64,000 nt of DNA from Yoonia sp. (GCA_029252195.1 JAQXBV010000090.1:10815-74814); one strand, 5' to 3'; counted from the first letter of the stretch, positions 1 to 10,515 are shown. The notes: generated by a model from the letters alone, not told the origin. A program made the numbers and translations.

Positions 1-513
1 ATAAGCGGGACTGGCGACCAGCACCCGCGCGCAGGTCGCGATGTTACGGATTCGCAGATTGCTGTCCTCGGGCTTGCCCAAGAAGAACGCGACATCCAGC
101 CCTTCGGCCGTCAAATCAACATTGCGATCAGTCAGGCGCAAGCGCACGTCAACCATCGGATATTTCTCAGTAAACGGCGGCACCAATGGCGCGATCAGCC
201 GCCGGCCAACACCCAAAGGGGCCGCAACATGCAGCAACCCCTTGGGGTTTTCGGTCATATCCGAGACTTGACCTTCCGCATAACTTACCGCGTCCAGAAT
301 GCCGCAGGCGCCACCGTAAAAAGCGGTGCCTTGGGTGGTCGGGCGCAGGCTCCGCGTGGTGCGCTGAAAGAGCCGCACCGAGAGGTGATCTTCAAGCTGG
401 GAAATGCGCGCAGATGTGACCGCAGGTGAAATCCTCAAATCGCGCCCTGCCGCCGACATCGAGCCAAGCTCGTAGACACGCACGAAAGTCCGAATATTCT
501 CAAGGTACGACAC
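1..513 (-). CDS. LysR-family transcriptional regulator (partial; 3' end runs off the window)
   Basis: Absent from the ORF track; read manually from GTG at 513: MSYLENIRTFVRVYELGSMSAAGRDLRISPAVTSARISQLEDHLSVRLFQRTTR (LysR HTH). The frame stays open to base 1. Confidence 0.9.
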   Translation of the reverse strand, partial: MSYLENIRTFVRVYELGSMSAAGRDLRISPAVTSARISQLEDHLSVRLFQRTTRSLRPTTQGTAFYGGACGILDAVSYAEGQVSDMTENPKGLLHVAAPLGVGRRLIAPLVPPFTEKYPMVDVRLRLTDRNVDLTAEGLDVAFFLGKPEDSNLRIRNIATCARVLVASPAY

Positions 514-584
514 GATTGTTCCGATATTTTTGAGAGAGGCAAGTAATGCCTAATATTATAAGATAAACGCAGCGCTGACCAGCC

Positions 585-1598
585 CTAAGACATCTCCCGA
601 TCAGGGCGGAACGGCGCCAAAATTGCCTGTGTCTCTCCCATGATTTCGGCCGCAACCAATTGTCCGATCAACGGACCGAGCGTGATTCCCGAATGCATCG
701 TCGCCGCATAGACGCCGTCCACCCAGCCGACCATGGGCAATCCGTCTTTGGGCACAGGACGCAGGCCCAGATTGATTTTGGCGATGTCCAGATCGGCGGT
801 TGGCAACCGGCGACGCAAACGGCCCAACATCTCTTGGGCGAAGCGGCCCACATCGCACGCGCCGAGCCCGCCGCCACTGAAGATTTCGCCCATGACGATA
901 TGCCCCGCAGGATCCTGCCGGAAATGCACGTCGGGCGACATGATGATGTGATCGACAATCGGGGCAATCGGCTGGCTGTGCAAAATCAGCCCCGCCTGAT
1001 TGTCCATCGGCAGGCCGAGAAGATCGCCAGAGGCAGCCCCCACGGCCACGACCACATGATCGGCCTGCATCGCGCCATGTGAGGTTTGCGCTGCGCGGGC
1101 GGAAACCTTGGACACCTCCGCGCCCAGAATGATCTTTGCCCCCGACGCTGCAAGTAAGGCTTGCGCAATCGCCGCCCCGTCTGCCGCCCCCTCGACCTGC
1201 CCTAAAACACATAGGTCGGGCGGATTGGCGACATGCGGCTCAAGGGTCGCAAAACCGGCCGCGTCGATCCGCGTCGCCTCATAGCCGTGGGTTTGTATCT
1301 CGGCCCAGTGGTCCTCGAACGCGGCACCTTCGTCCTCCCACCACAACGCCCCTTTCCAGCGGACACGCGGCAGCGCGAGCGTGGCACTCAGCGCCGCAAA
1401 TCTATCAATCGCTGCGCGCCGCAGGGCATAATACGCAGGGGTTTCCGCAAAGCTCGCGTTGATCCAGCCAAAGGATTTGGCGCTGGCACCGCCGCCGATG
1501 CTCCCAGCCTCGATAACCGTAACTTCGGCACCAGCTTGCGCAAGGTGATAGGCGCAGGACGCACCCACAATGCCGGCACCGACAACAATGATTTTCAC
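585..1598 (-). CDS. FAD-dependent oxidoreductase, DAO/glycine oxidase family
   Basis: N-terminal GAGIVG FAD motif; GLRP and HSGITLGP C-terminal motifs; AAGGAG RBS. Confidence 0.85.
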   Translation of the reverse strand: MKIIVVGAGIVGASCAYHLAQAGAEVTVIEAGSIGGGASAKSFGWINASFAETPAYYALRRAAIDRFAALSATLALPRVRWKGALWWEDEGAAFEDHWAEIQTHGYEATRIDAAGFATLEPHVANPPDLCVLGQVEGAADGAAIAQALLAASGAKIILGAEVSKVSARAAQTSHGAMQADHVVVAVGAASGDLLGLPMDNQAGLILHSQPIAPIVDHIIMSPDVHFRQDPAGHIVMGEIFSGGGLGACDVGRFAQEMLGRLRRRLPTADLDIAKINLGLRPVPKDGLPMVGWVDGVYAATMHSGITLGPLIGQLVAAEIMGETQAILAPFRPDREMS

Positions 1599-1619
1599 GA
1601 CACTCTCCTTTTCGGCAAT

Positions 1620-1641
1620 GATGGGTTAAAACCCATCCTAC
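1620..1641 (-). repeat. GTAG-type REP-like palindrome, copy 1 (GTAGGATGGGTTTTAACCCATC)
   Basis: The same 22-mer recurs at 27104, 35284 and 41552; GTAG foot followed by GATGGGTT/AACCCATC stem. Confidence 0.85.
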
Positions 1642-1645
1642 GCAG

Positions 1646-2575
1646 TTACACTGTAATCACAAAGGTCGCGCCTGACCCTTCGCCCAAGCGAATACTCGCG
1701 CCTTGCGCCGCCAGCATCCGCCGCACGATCGCAAGCCCCATGCCTGTGCCGCCCGTGTCCCGCCGCGTCGTAAAGAACGGGTCGAAAATGCGCTCGCGGT
1801 TGCCCGCAGATATGCCTGGCCCATCATCGCAGACCACCACAGTCTCGCCATCAAACGCGGCCCATACGCGGCCCGCCCCATGGGCGCGCGCATTCCCGAC
1901 AAGATGCGACATGACGAGCCGCATCGCCGCTGCATTGATCGGCAGTTCTCCATCGCGCGTGACCTCTGCGCCTTCGGCAACATCCGAGAGCAGGCAGGTT
2001 CCCGCGGGCAACGGCTCTTGTGCCCTTGCCAAGGCGCGCTGCGCCTCCAAAAGCGCGGTCATCCGTGCAGAGGAGGCCGCGATCCGGTCAAGCAAGACCG
2101 CCCGATCAACAGCGCCAAGCTGCGGATTGCGCAATAGCTCCGCCGCCCCCGAAATCACCGTCAGCGGCGATTTCAACTCATGGGTCACATGATCCCCATA
2201 AGAGCGTAATACGTCGGTCCTCGCCTGTAAGACGCGGTGCATCTGGCCCACCGCCTGCCCCAGCTCGGAAAATTCGGGCGTGCCAAAATGCGCGGGCGGG
2301 TGCACCTCTGCCACACTCCCCGCCACATCCTTGGCATAGACCGTGAGGGCCTGCACAGGGCGCAGCACCAAGCGCCAAAGCAGAAACGCCAAGATCGCGG
2401 TGGCGACGAAGGCGATCACCCCGATTAGCCAACTCGTCTCGCCCCAGCCAAGCACCCCACCCGCAACGCGAAAGTACCCGACCCCTAAGAGCGGCAGGCT
2501 GAAAACGGCAGCCAATGTCCCGCCAATGACAAGCCATAGGGGTGGGCGCCATTTTGGCGTTATACGGCGCGACAT
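1646..2575 (-). CDS. Sensor histidine kinase (two TM helices, HAMP, HisKA, HATPase)
   Basis: H-box HVTHELKSP; N-box NARAHG; DDGPG, FDPFFTT and GTGMGL boxes. Confidence 0.92.
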   Translation of the reverse strand: MSRRITPKWRPPLWLVIGGTLAAVFSLPLLGVGYFRVAGGVLGWGETSWLIGVIAFVATAILAFLLWRLVLRPVQALTVYAKDVAGSVAEVHPPAHFGTPEFSELGQAVGQMHRVLQARTDVLRSYGDHVTHELKSPLTVISGAAELLRNPQLGAVDRAVLLDRIAASSARMTALLEAQRALARAQEPLPAGTCLLSDVAEGAEVTRDGELPINAAAMRLVMSHLVGNARAHGAGRVWAAFDGETVVVCDDGPGISAGNRERIFDPFFTTRRDTGGTGMGLAIVRRMLAAQGASIRLGEGSGATFVITV

Positions 2576-3249
2576 GGGCCCATCCGGATTCCGACACCAT
2601 GCACGGTCTCAATAGCCTCCGCACAGCCTGCCTGCGCCAGTTTGGCCCGCAGATTGCGTAGGTGGCTGTCCATCGTGCGATCGCTGACATGCACATTGGT
2701 CCCGTAGACCGCATCCACAATCGCAGGGCGCGCCATGACATTGTCGGGCCGGCGCATGAGCTGCACCAGCAGCTCCATCTCGCGCGAAGTCAGCACCACG
2801 GGCGCTTCGCCCACGCGGCAGGCGTGACGGCTTGGATCGACACTCAACACGCCACGGCGCAACATCACCTTGGGGTCATAGGCAGGAACGGCCCGCTTGA
2901 GGATGCCGCGCACGCGGGCCACCACTTCGCGCGGGGAAAAGGGCTTTGAGACATAGTCATCCGCGCCCATCTCAAGGCCCACGATGCGGTCGATCTCGTC
3001 GCCCTACGCGGTGAGAAACAGGATCGGCACCTGACTGGTCTTGCGCAGCTCGCGGCACACCGTCAGCCCGTCCATCTCGGGCATCTCGATATCAAGCACG
3101 ATCAAATCGGGCGACAGGCTACGGGCCATTTCAAGGGCCTGTTGCCCGTCGGCGGCGGCCGCGACGCTAAATCCCGCAACCTCCAGCCCCATCCGCAGCA
3201 CATCACGGATACCCGCATCATCATCGGCGATCAAAATCTGCTGGCTCAT
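2560..3249 (-). pseudogene. OmpR-family response regulator interrupted by an in-frame TAG at 3004-3006
   Basis: ORFs 3004..3249 and 2560..2982 share a frame: ...[29 protein letters not shown]...; the receiver and winged-helix domains are otherwise continuous. Confidence 0.88.
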
Positions 3250-4658
3250 TGCCCCGCCTCCGCTTTTATCACGTCCAAGCTACGGCGCAGGCGGGCATTA
3301 CGAAACCCCCAATCGCGCCAACCTTGCGGCGGATAAACCGTCAGGTCGTAGTAGCGGTCAATACAAAGATCAGGCGCAAATCGGGCAACCTCAACCGCAG
3401 CCCCATCGCGCAAGCTACAAACATAGCCCGCATCGAGCGGACCAACTGTCAACTGGTGGCGGGCCACAAAACCCGACACATTCACCAGCAAACACAGGTA
3501 AACCGCGCCAAAGGCGCGCGTCAGCATCCAGCCTGTGCTCTGGCGCTGCACCGTTTGCATCACCAAGACAATTAACCCAAGTGCCACGACACTCATCCAG
3601 ATGAAGGCCGCAAATCGCATCAAAGTCAGACCGTAGACGTCGACATAAAGATCAAGCCGCAGGATCGACGAGATCACCAGCATCACCGTTTGCCCGACCC
3701 AGACCAGCAAGAGCACGCGCATCTTGCGACTATCAAGCCAAGGCTGGGCGGCCAGCGCAAATGCCCCTGCCAGCAAGGCCGTCACCATCAATGGATAAGC
3801 GCCGCGATGGGCGTAATTGGCATAGGTCATACCCTCTGGCAGGCGCACGCCACCCCAGAGATATCCCAAATCCATCACCGTCTGGACCGCGAAGATCACG
3901 TTGAACACGATCAGCGCGCGCAGCACAGATCGCGGGTTCAAATAGGCAACCGAAACAGGCTTGCGCGCGGACTTCACAGAAACGAAATGCAGGTTCATCT
4001 GCGCCAACCGCAAGAAAGGCCAAGCAATGAGGGCGACCACTGCCCAAAAGATCACACGCTCGATATCAGGCCCTTGGCGCAGATCAAACTGTGACATCCA
4101 GTTCTCGACCAGCGGGTTGGCCGTTGCCATCAGGCCGACAAACACCACGCCCACGACCACAGGCATCGCCCAATCCAGCACCAAACGACGGCTTGGGCCA
4201 CGCAACTCTGCTGCGCGCATGTCGCGGACCCATTGCCCAAGGCCATGCGCCAGCAATCGGCGGGCAGCCTGCCCCCAACGGGGCCCCGAAATCAGCCCCG
4301 CGAAAACGGCAAGCCCGATGAAAGCCAAAGCAAACGAGAGCCATTGCACCAGATCAACCGCAGGCAAAAGCGCGGCAATCAACACCGCCCAAGCCACCAG
4401 AGCCCGCAGCGACGACACGTCACGCCGCAGCACAAAATGCGCCGCAGCCGCGACGCTGAAGATCGCCGCAACGAACCCGAGGCCAAGGTGACTGTGAAAC
4501 AAACAGGCGTCGACAAGCGCAACGACAAGCTCCAAAAGCCACCAAGGACGGCTTGGCACCACACCACCGCGGCCCACGCCGCTTTGACTATCGGCAGCAA
4601 TCCACCACGCGTCTTTGCTCAAGGATCGCGGCAGGCCGCGCACGGTCATGGGTGTCAT
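3246..4658 (-). CDS. DUF4153/DUF4173-type polytopic membrane protein
   Basis: Many hydrophobic segments; YANYAHRGAYPL and YVDVYGLT motifs recalled for this family; 4-bp overlap with the response regulator. Start placed at the RBS-supported ATG. Confidence 0.75.
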   Translation of the reverse strand: MTPMTVRGLPRSLSKDAWWIAADSQSGVGRGGVVPSRPWWLLELVVALVDACLFHSHLGLGFVAAIFSVAAAAHFVLRRDVSSLRALVAWAVLIAALLPAVDLVQWLSFALAFIGLAVFAGLISGPRWGQAARRLLAHGLGQWVRDMRAAELRGPSRRLVLDWAMPVVVGVVFVGLMATANPLVENWMSQFDLRQGPDIERVIFWAVVALIAWPFLRLAQMNLHFVSVKSARKPVSVAYLNPRSVLRALIVFNVIFAVQTVMDLGYLWGGVRLPEGMTYANYAHRGAYPLMVTALLAGAFALAAQPWLDSRKMRVLLLVWVGQTVMLVISSILRLDLYVDVYGLTLMRFAAFIWMSVVALGLIVLVMQTVQRQSTGWMLTRAFGAVYLCLLVNVSGFVARHQLTVGPLDAGYVCSLRDGAAVEVARFAPDLCIDRYYDLTVYPPQGWRDWGFRNARLRRSLDVIKAEAGQ

Positions 4659-4746
4659 CTTTCGTCCCTCTCTCATTTTTAATTGAGACGAGACCTACTG
4701 ATTGGACGTGCAAAGCCGTGGCGATGTTTGTGCAGTTTTTGTGCAG

Positions 4747-5439
4747 TTAGTCTGCGGCTTCCGCCTCTGCTGCCGCACGAATGGCGCGGATGTTTTCGCC
4801 ATATGGGGCAGGGTTGGCCACCGATCCGCCACGGAACACCGCAGAGCCCGCAACCAAGACGTCTGCCCCCGCAGAGGCCACCAAGCCAGCCGTCGTTGCA
4901 TCAACGCCGCCGTCGATTTCGATATGCACAGGGCGGTCGCCAATCATGGCGCGCAGATCAGCAATCTTCAGCGACATATCGATAAATTTCTGGCCGCCAA
5001 AACCGGGGTTCACGGTCATCACACAGACCAGATCGACCATATCCAACAGCTCTTCGACCACCGACGCAGGGGTGCCCGGGTTCAACGCAACACCCGCCTT
5101 GCACCCCAGATCACGGATATTCTGCAAGGTGCGGTGAATATGCGGACCGGCCTCGTAATGCGCGGTGATGTAATCAGCACCCGCATCTGCAAAGCCCTGC
5201 AAATAAGCATCAACCGGCGAGATCATCAAATGCACGTCCATCACGGTTTTCACATGCGGGCGGATTGCCTTGCAGGTCTGCGCGCCAAAGGTGATGGCCG
5301 GCACAAAGTGGCCGTCCATGACATCAACGTGGATCCAATCCGCGCCTTGGGCCTCGACGGCCTCAATCTCTGCGCCAAAATTAGCGAAATCAGCGGCAAG
5401 AATGGACGGGGCGATCTTGATCGAGCGGTCAAAAGACAT
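4747..5439 (-). CDS. rpe: Ribulose-phosphate 3-epimerase
   Basis: [38 protein letters not shown] and DGG motifs. Confidence 0.97.
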   Translation of the reverse strand: MSFDRSIKIAPSILAADFANFGAEIEAVEAQGADWIHVDVMDGHFVPAITFGAQTCKAIRPHVKTVMDVHLMISPVDAYLQGFADAGADYITAHYEAGPHIHRTLQNIRDLGCKAGVALNPGTPASVVEELLDMVDLVCVMTVNPGFGGQKFIDMSLKIADLRAMIGDRPVHIEIDGGVDATTAGLVASAGADVLVAGSAVFRGGSVANPAPYGENIRAIRAAAEAEAAD

Positions 5440-5557
5440 GAGCGGGAATCCTTGTGCGAGCAGTGTTGGGCCCCGTTTACCCTCTCAGGCGGGCTTCGTC
5501 ACGCAAGCTTTTAAAATACTTGCGGCGTAGGCGAAATTCCTGTGCTAATTTGACCTC

Positions 5558-6391
5558 ATGACAGAACCGAGCCTCACCTATCGCGACATCCTGCGCCATG
5601 GCGCTGCCGTCCATATTACCCGTGCGCTGGTCACGCCGACGCGCCCAAAGGCCCTGCACGTCCAAGACTTTCCAGAGTTATTCTGGGTCCAAAACGGGCA
5701 AATCAGGCACCATCAGCCCGCTGGCGTGACAACCCTCACCGAGGGCGATCTGGTATTTATGCGGGAGGGGGACAGCCATGCGCTGCAAGGGCGCGGCGAG
5801 CAAGCGCTTGTTGTCTCGCTCACGCTGCACCCGCAGTTGATCGAGGCGCTTGGCAAACGGCACAAGGCGCTGCCAGGGCAATATTTCTGGGCCGATGCCG
5901 CGCAGACACTGCACCTTGATACCAAAGCGCTGATCACATTGAACCAAGCAACGCTCAGGCTCGAACGTAGCCCGCGTGACCGGTTCTCGACCGAAGCCTT
6001 TCTGCTGCCGCTCTTTGCGGCGTGGCTCAAGCCTGACACGCCCGACACGGCCCCTGCGTGGCTCAATGCCGCGCTCATCGCTGCCGACGATCCTGCGGTG
6101 TTCCGTGACGGGGCCGCAGGCTTTGTTGCCCTCACTGGCCAAACCCACCCGCACGTCAGCCGGACCCTCAAGCGGCTCACGGGGCAAAGCCCGTCAGAGC
6201 TGATCAATGACAAGCGGATGCAGCACGCGGCCCAGCAACTCACCGGCACCGCCGAGCCCTTGGCCGAGATCGCCGCCGATTGCGGAATCCCGAACCTGTC
6301 GCACTTTCACAAGCTCTTTCGCGCAGCCCACGGCCTGACCCCGCACCAGTATCGGCGCAAATTCCAACGTGACGTCGTGCAACCCGAATAA
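5558..6391 (+). CDS. AraC-family transcriptional regulator (cupin plus HTH)
   Basis: C-terminal LAEIAADCGIPNLSHFHKLFRAAHGLTPHQYR; divergent from rpe and upstream of deoC. Confidence 0.9.
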   Translation: MTEPSLTYRDILRHGAAVHITRALVTPTRPKALHVQDFPELFWVQNGQIRHHQPAGVTTLTEGDLVFMREGDSHALQGRGEQALVVSLTLHPQLIEALGKRHKALPGQYFWADAAQTLHLDTKALITLNQATLRLERSPRDRFSTEAFLLPLFAAWLKPDTPDTAPAWLNAALIAADDPAVFRDGAAGFVALTGQTHPHVSRTLKRLTGQSPSELINDKRMQHAAQQLTGTAEPLAEIAADCGIPNLSHFHKLFRAAHGLTPHQYRRKFQRDVVQPE

Positions 6392-6431
6392 TATTGACCA
6401 AACGATCAAAACTTGTCAAGACGAGCCCTAA

Positions 6432-7460
6432 ATGACACGCTTCCCACCAGTGGAGGAGACCGCTTTGCACACGACAACCACGCCCGACGTCACGACCAGC
6501 CACCTGCCCCAAGTCCACGAGCCGCGCAACACCGTGATGCCGCTTGATCTGGACTGGGTGGCAAGCGTGCAGGCCAATACCAGCGCCATTGAACGGCGTG
6601 CCGCGACACTGCCCGGACGGTGGAGCGTCAAGAAAGACTATCAGGCCGCATGGCTGTGCAAAGCCATCAGCCTGATGGACCTGACCACCCTGTCTGGTGA
6701 CGACAGCGAAGGGCGCGTGCGCCGCCTTTGTGCCAAGGCCCGCCAACCCGTCGCCCAAGGCATCCTCGAAAAGCTCGGCATGGAGGGCCTGACCACGGGC
6801 GCCGTCTGCGTCTATCACGATATGGTTGAAACCGCAGTCGACGCCCTGTGCGGCACGAATATCCCCGTCGCAGCCGTCTCCACAGGCTTCCCTGCTGGCC
6901 TTTCGCCGTTCCACTTGCGCATTCAGGAAATCCGCGAAAGTGTTGCCGCTGGGGCGAAGGAAATCGACATCGTGATCTCCCGCCGCCACGCGCTCACAGG
7001 CAACTGGCAAGCGCTCTACGACGAGATGTGCGAGATGCGTGAGGCCTGCGGCGATGCCCACGTCAAGGCGATCCTTGCCACGGGCGAGCTTGGCACCCTG
7101 CGCAACGTCGCCCGCGCCTCGCTTGTCTGCATGATGGCTGGCGCCGATTTCATCAAGACCTCGACAGGCAAAGAACCCGTCAACGCGACCCTGCCCGTCA
7201 CGCTCACCATGATCCGCGCGATCCGCGACTATCAGGAACGGACAGGTCTCAAAGTCGGCTACAAACCCGCAGGCGGGATTAGCAAGGCCAAAGACGCGAT
7301 CGTCTATCTCGCCATGATCAAGGACGAGCTGGGTGAGCGATGGCTACAACCCGACCTTTTCCGCTTTGGCGCCTCCTCTCTTTTGGGCGATATTGAGCGG
7401 CAACTCGAACACCACGTCACAGGCGCATACTCCGCGCAGTGGCGGCACGCGATTGGATAA
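6432..7460 (+). CDS. deoC: Deoxyribose-phosphate aldolase (long type)
   Basis: DLTTLSGDD, AAVSTGFPAG, EIDIVI, GADFIKTSTGK and GYKPAGG motifs. Confidence 0.95.
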   Translation: MTRFPPVEETALHTTTTPDVTTSHLPQVHEPRNTVMPLDLDWVASVQANTSAIERRAATLPGRWSVKKDYQAAWLCKAISLMDLTTLSGDDSEGRVRRLCAKARQPVAQGILEKLGMEGLTTGAVCVYHDMVETAVDALCGTNIPVAAVSTGFPAGLSPFHLRIQEIRESVAAGAKEIDIVISRRHALTGNWQALYDEMCEMREACGDAHVKAILATGELGTLRNVARASLVCMMAGADFIKTSTGKEPVNATLPVTLTMIRAIRDYQERTGLKVGYKPAGGISKAKDAIVYLAMIKDELGERWLQPDLFRFGASSLLGDIERQLEHHVTGAYSAQWRHAIG

Positions 7461-7464
7461 GACC

Positions 7465-9765
7465 ATGACAGTTAAAGAGATTTTCGACACCATGGACTAT
7501 GGCCCGGCCCCTGAAAGCAGCAAGGAAGCCCTTGCTTGGATCGCTGATCGGGGCGGCATCGCTGGTCACTATATCAACGGCAAGTTTAGCCACTTGCGCG
7601 ACGATTTCGCCACGACCAACCCCGCAACGGGCGTGAAACTTGCAGGCGTCACCAAAGGCACCGCCGACGAAGTGGCCCTCGCCGTAAAGGCCGCTCGCAA
7701 AGCGCAATCCGCATGGGCCAAAGACAGCCACGCCCGCGCCCGCGTGCTTTATGCAATCGCCCGTCTGATGCAAAAACACTCACGCCTTTTGGCCGTGATG
7801 GAAACCTTGGATAACGGCAAACCGATCCGCGAGAGCCGCGACATCGACGTCCCCCTCGCGATCCGCCACTTCTACTACCACGCTGGCATGGCGCAACTGA
7901 TGGACGGCGAACTCCCCGACCGCGGGCCCTTGGGCGTCTGCGGCCAGATCATCCCATGGAACTTCCCGCTCCTGATGCTCGCATGGAAAATCGCGCCCGC
8001 CTTGGCAATGGGCAACACTGTTGTCCTCAAACCCGCCGAATTCACACCCATGACCGCGATGATCTTCGCCGAAATCTGCGACCAAGCAGGCGTTCCTGCG
8101 GGCGTCGTGAACATCATCACAGGCGACGGCGAAACGGGTGCGGCCCTCGTTGCCGCCGACGTCGATAAAATCGCCTTCACCGGATCGACCGAAGTGGGCC
8201 GCATCATCCGAAAAGCCACCGCAGGATCAGGCAAAGCCTTGTCCTTGGAACTCGGCGGCAAATCCCCCTATATCGTATTCGACGACGCCGATATGGATAG
8301 CGCCGTCGAAGGCCTCGTTGATGCGATCTGGTTCAACCAAGGGCAGGTCTGCTGCGCCGGTTCGCGACTGCTCGTCCAAGAAGGCATCGCAGACCGCTTC
8401 TACGCCAAACTGAAATCGCGCATGAGCGGCCTGCGCATCGGCGACCCGCTTGATAAATGCATAGACATCGGCGCCATCGTGGACCCGTCCCAGCGCGACA
8501 TGATCGCCAAGCTGGTTGAAGGCAACAACGAGGGCGACACGTTCCAAACGCAAGCCCCCGAGGGCTGCTTCTACCCACCAACCCTGATCACAGGGCTGCA
8601 CGCCGCATCACACCTCATGCAGACCGAAATCTTCGGCCCTGTGCTGGTATCGACAACATTCCGCACGCCATCCGAGGCCATAGAGATCGCCAATAACACC
8701 CGCTACGGCCTCGCTGCCTCCGTCTGGTCCGAGAACATCAACTTGGCGCTCGACATCGCGCCAAAGCTGGTTGCAGGCATCGTCTGGATCAACGGGACCA
8801 ACATGATGGATGCGGCCGCAGGTTTCGGCGGGGTGCGCGAAAGCGGCTTCGGGCGCGAAGGCGGCTGGGAAGGGCTAGCAGGCTACACCAAGCCAAAAAC
8901 GCTTGGCAAACCGCGCACTGCGGCCAGGCCACACGCAGGCAAAGACACCCCCGCCGACCCGCTCGACCGGACCGCAAAACTCTACATTGGCGGCAAACAA
9001 GCGCGCCCCGATAGCGGCTACTCCACCGCAATCCACAGCCCCAAGGGCGCGTTCCTCGGCCACGTTTCCACAGGCTCGCGCAAGGATATCCGCAACGCGG
9101 TCGAGGCCATGAACGCCGCCAAAGGCTGGTCCAAATCCACCGGCCACCTGCGCGCTCAAATCCTTTATTACATAGCGGAAAACCTCTCGGCGCGCGAGGG
9201 CGAGTTTGGCAAACGGATCAGCGCCCTCACAGGCAAATCTGGCAGCACGGAGGTGCAAAACAGCATCAAGGCGCTTTTCACCTTTGCGGCTTGGGCCGAC
9301 AAATACGACGGCCAAGTGCACGGTGTCCCGATCCGTGGCGTCGCCCTTGCGATGAAAGAACCCGTCGGCAACATCGGCATCCTCTGCGGTGACGCGCCCC
9401 TCCTCGACGTCATCACCCCCATGGCCGCCGCCATCGCGATGGGCAACCGGACAACGCTGGTGCCTTCAGCCGCCTTCCCCTTGGCCGCGACCGACCTGAT
9501 CCAAATCCTGGAAACCTCAGACGTGCCCGCAGGTGTCGTGAACATCGTCACTGGCAACCACATGGAGCTCGCAAAAACGCTAGCCGATCACCTTGATCTC
9601 GACAGCCTCTGGAACCTCGCCGACACATCGCTCAACGCGCAAATCGAGGCCGCCTCCGCAGGCAACCTCAAGCGCACTTGGGCGCCGCTCGGCACGCCAA
9701 GCACGCGCGACTACCTCGCTGCCGCCACCGAAGTGAAAAACATCTGGATCCCCTACGGCGAATAG
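7465..9765 (+). CDS. Aldehyde dehydrogenase with extra C-terminal Rossmann-like domain (ALDH16-like)
   Basis: IIPWNFP, FTGSTEVG, LELGGKSP, catalytic NQGQVCCAGS and EIFGPV, followed by a second partial ALDH module (RTAKLYIGGKQARPDSG...). Start at ATG 7465, just after the deoC stop. Confidence 0.9.
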   Translation: MTVKEIFDTMDYGPAPESSKEALAWIADRGGIAGHYINGKFSHLRDDFATTNPATGVKLAGVTKGTADEVALAVKAARKAQSAWAKDSHARARVLYAIARLMQKHSRLLAVMETLDNGKPIRESRDIDVPLAIRHFYYHAGMAQLMDGELPDRGPLGVCGQIIPWNFPLLMLAWKIAPALAMGNTVVLKPAEFTPMTAMIFAEICDQAGVPAGVVNIITGDGETGAALVAADVDKIAFTGSTEVGRIIRKATAGSGKALSLELGGKSPYIVFDDADMDSAVEGLVDAIWFNQGQVCCAGSRLLVQEGIADRFYAKLKSRMSGLRIGDPLDKCIDIGAIVDPSQRDMIAKLVEGNNEGDTFQTQAPEGCFYPPTLITGLHAASHLMQTEIFGPVLVSTTFRTPSEAIEIANNTRYGLAASVWSENINLALDIAPKLVAGIVWINGTNMMDAAAGFGGVRESGFGREGGWEGLAGYTKPKTLGKPRTAARPHAGKDTPADPLDRTAKLYIGGKQARPDSGYSTAIHSPKGAFLGHVSTGSRKDIRNAVEAMNAAKGWSKSTGHLRAQILYYIAENLSAREGEFGKRISALTGKSGSTEVQNSIKALFTFAAWADKYDGQVHGVPIRGVALAMKEPVGNIGILCGDAPLLDVITPMAAAIAMGNRTTLVPSAAFPLAATDLIQILETSDVPAGVVNIVTGNHMELAKTLADHLDLDSLWNLADTSLNAQIEAASAGNLKRTWAPLGTPSTRDYLAAATEVKNIWIPYGE

Positions 9766-9773
9766 GGGGCCCG

Positions 9774-9827
9774 CTTCTTTTGGCCAAAAATACCTCGGGG
9801 GGCGCGCAGCGCGGGGGCAGCGCCTCC
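9774..9827 (+). repeat. Dispersed intergenic repeat family B (CTTCTTTTGGCCAAAAATACC...), copy 1
   Basis: Near-identical core at 14734 and 30386; lies between convergent genes and is followed by a GC-rich hairpin. Confidence 0.7.
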
Positions 9828-10507
9828 TACGACTTCTTCTTCCACGTGCCAAGCCAACGGGTCAAACGCCCCTTCTGCTGGGCGATATCCGCACTCACTT
9901 CGTCATATCGGTGCTCGGCACTATCCAAAAGCGGATCAATCGAGCGCTCGCGAAACTGCATCCACATCGCAAGGATAAACACGCTTGCCACAATCAAAAA
10001 GCCGAAGAAGAAGATATTGAACCACGGAATGATCCGCGCGTCAGGCCCGTCAATCGGACGGATCGCAATCGCGTTCGGAAACGCAGAGAAATACTCGTTG
10101 CGCCACCCGTAATGGGTCATCACAGCCCACTTGGGTTGCTCTGGCGTAGAACGTAAATCGTCGGCCTCGGTTTGTAGGCTCGCGGTATCGAATTTAAAAT
10201 AGAACGGCCAAGACCACCCTGTGTCTTCGTTGCGGTAAACCATCACCTCGGTCGCGTCGCGCGGAACAAAACCTAAGAGAAAGGTTTTCTTCTTAACCGT
10301 CTGGATAAACTGAACATCGCGATTGACCAGAGTTGCAGATTGGTCGTCGGGTCGCGCCCAGAATATCCGCGTCCAATCATTCAGATCCTGCCGTTCCTGA
10401 TAGGTATTCACAACCCGCACAATATCATGCTGCGGCAGCGCATAGTGCAAAATCACTCCAATGATCAGCGCCACCAAGACGCGAAACGTAACTTTAATTC
10501 TATGCAT
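9827..10507 (-). CDS. DUF1523-type membrane protein
   Basis: N- and C-terminal TM helices; HYALPQHDIV, YRNEDTGW.WP.YFKFD and THYGWR motifs recalled for DUF1523. Confidence 0.8.
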   Translation of the reverse strand: MHRIKVTFRVLVALIIGVILHYALPQHDIVRVVNTYQERQDLNDWTRIFWARPDDQSATLVNRDVQFIQTVKKKTFLLGFVPRDATEVMVYRNEDTGWSWPFYFKFDTASLQTEADDLRSTPEQPKWAVMTHYGWRNEYFSAFPNAIAIRPIDGPDARIIPWFNIFFFGFLIVASVFILAMWMQFRERSIDPLLDSAEHRYDEVSADIAQQKGRLTRWLGTWKKKS

Positions 10508-10515
10508 AACTCACC

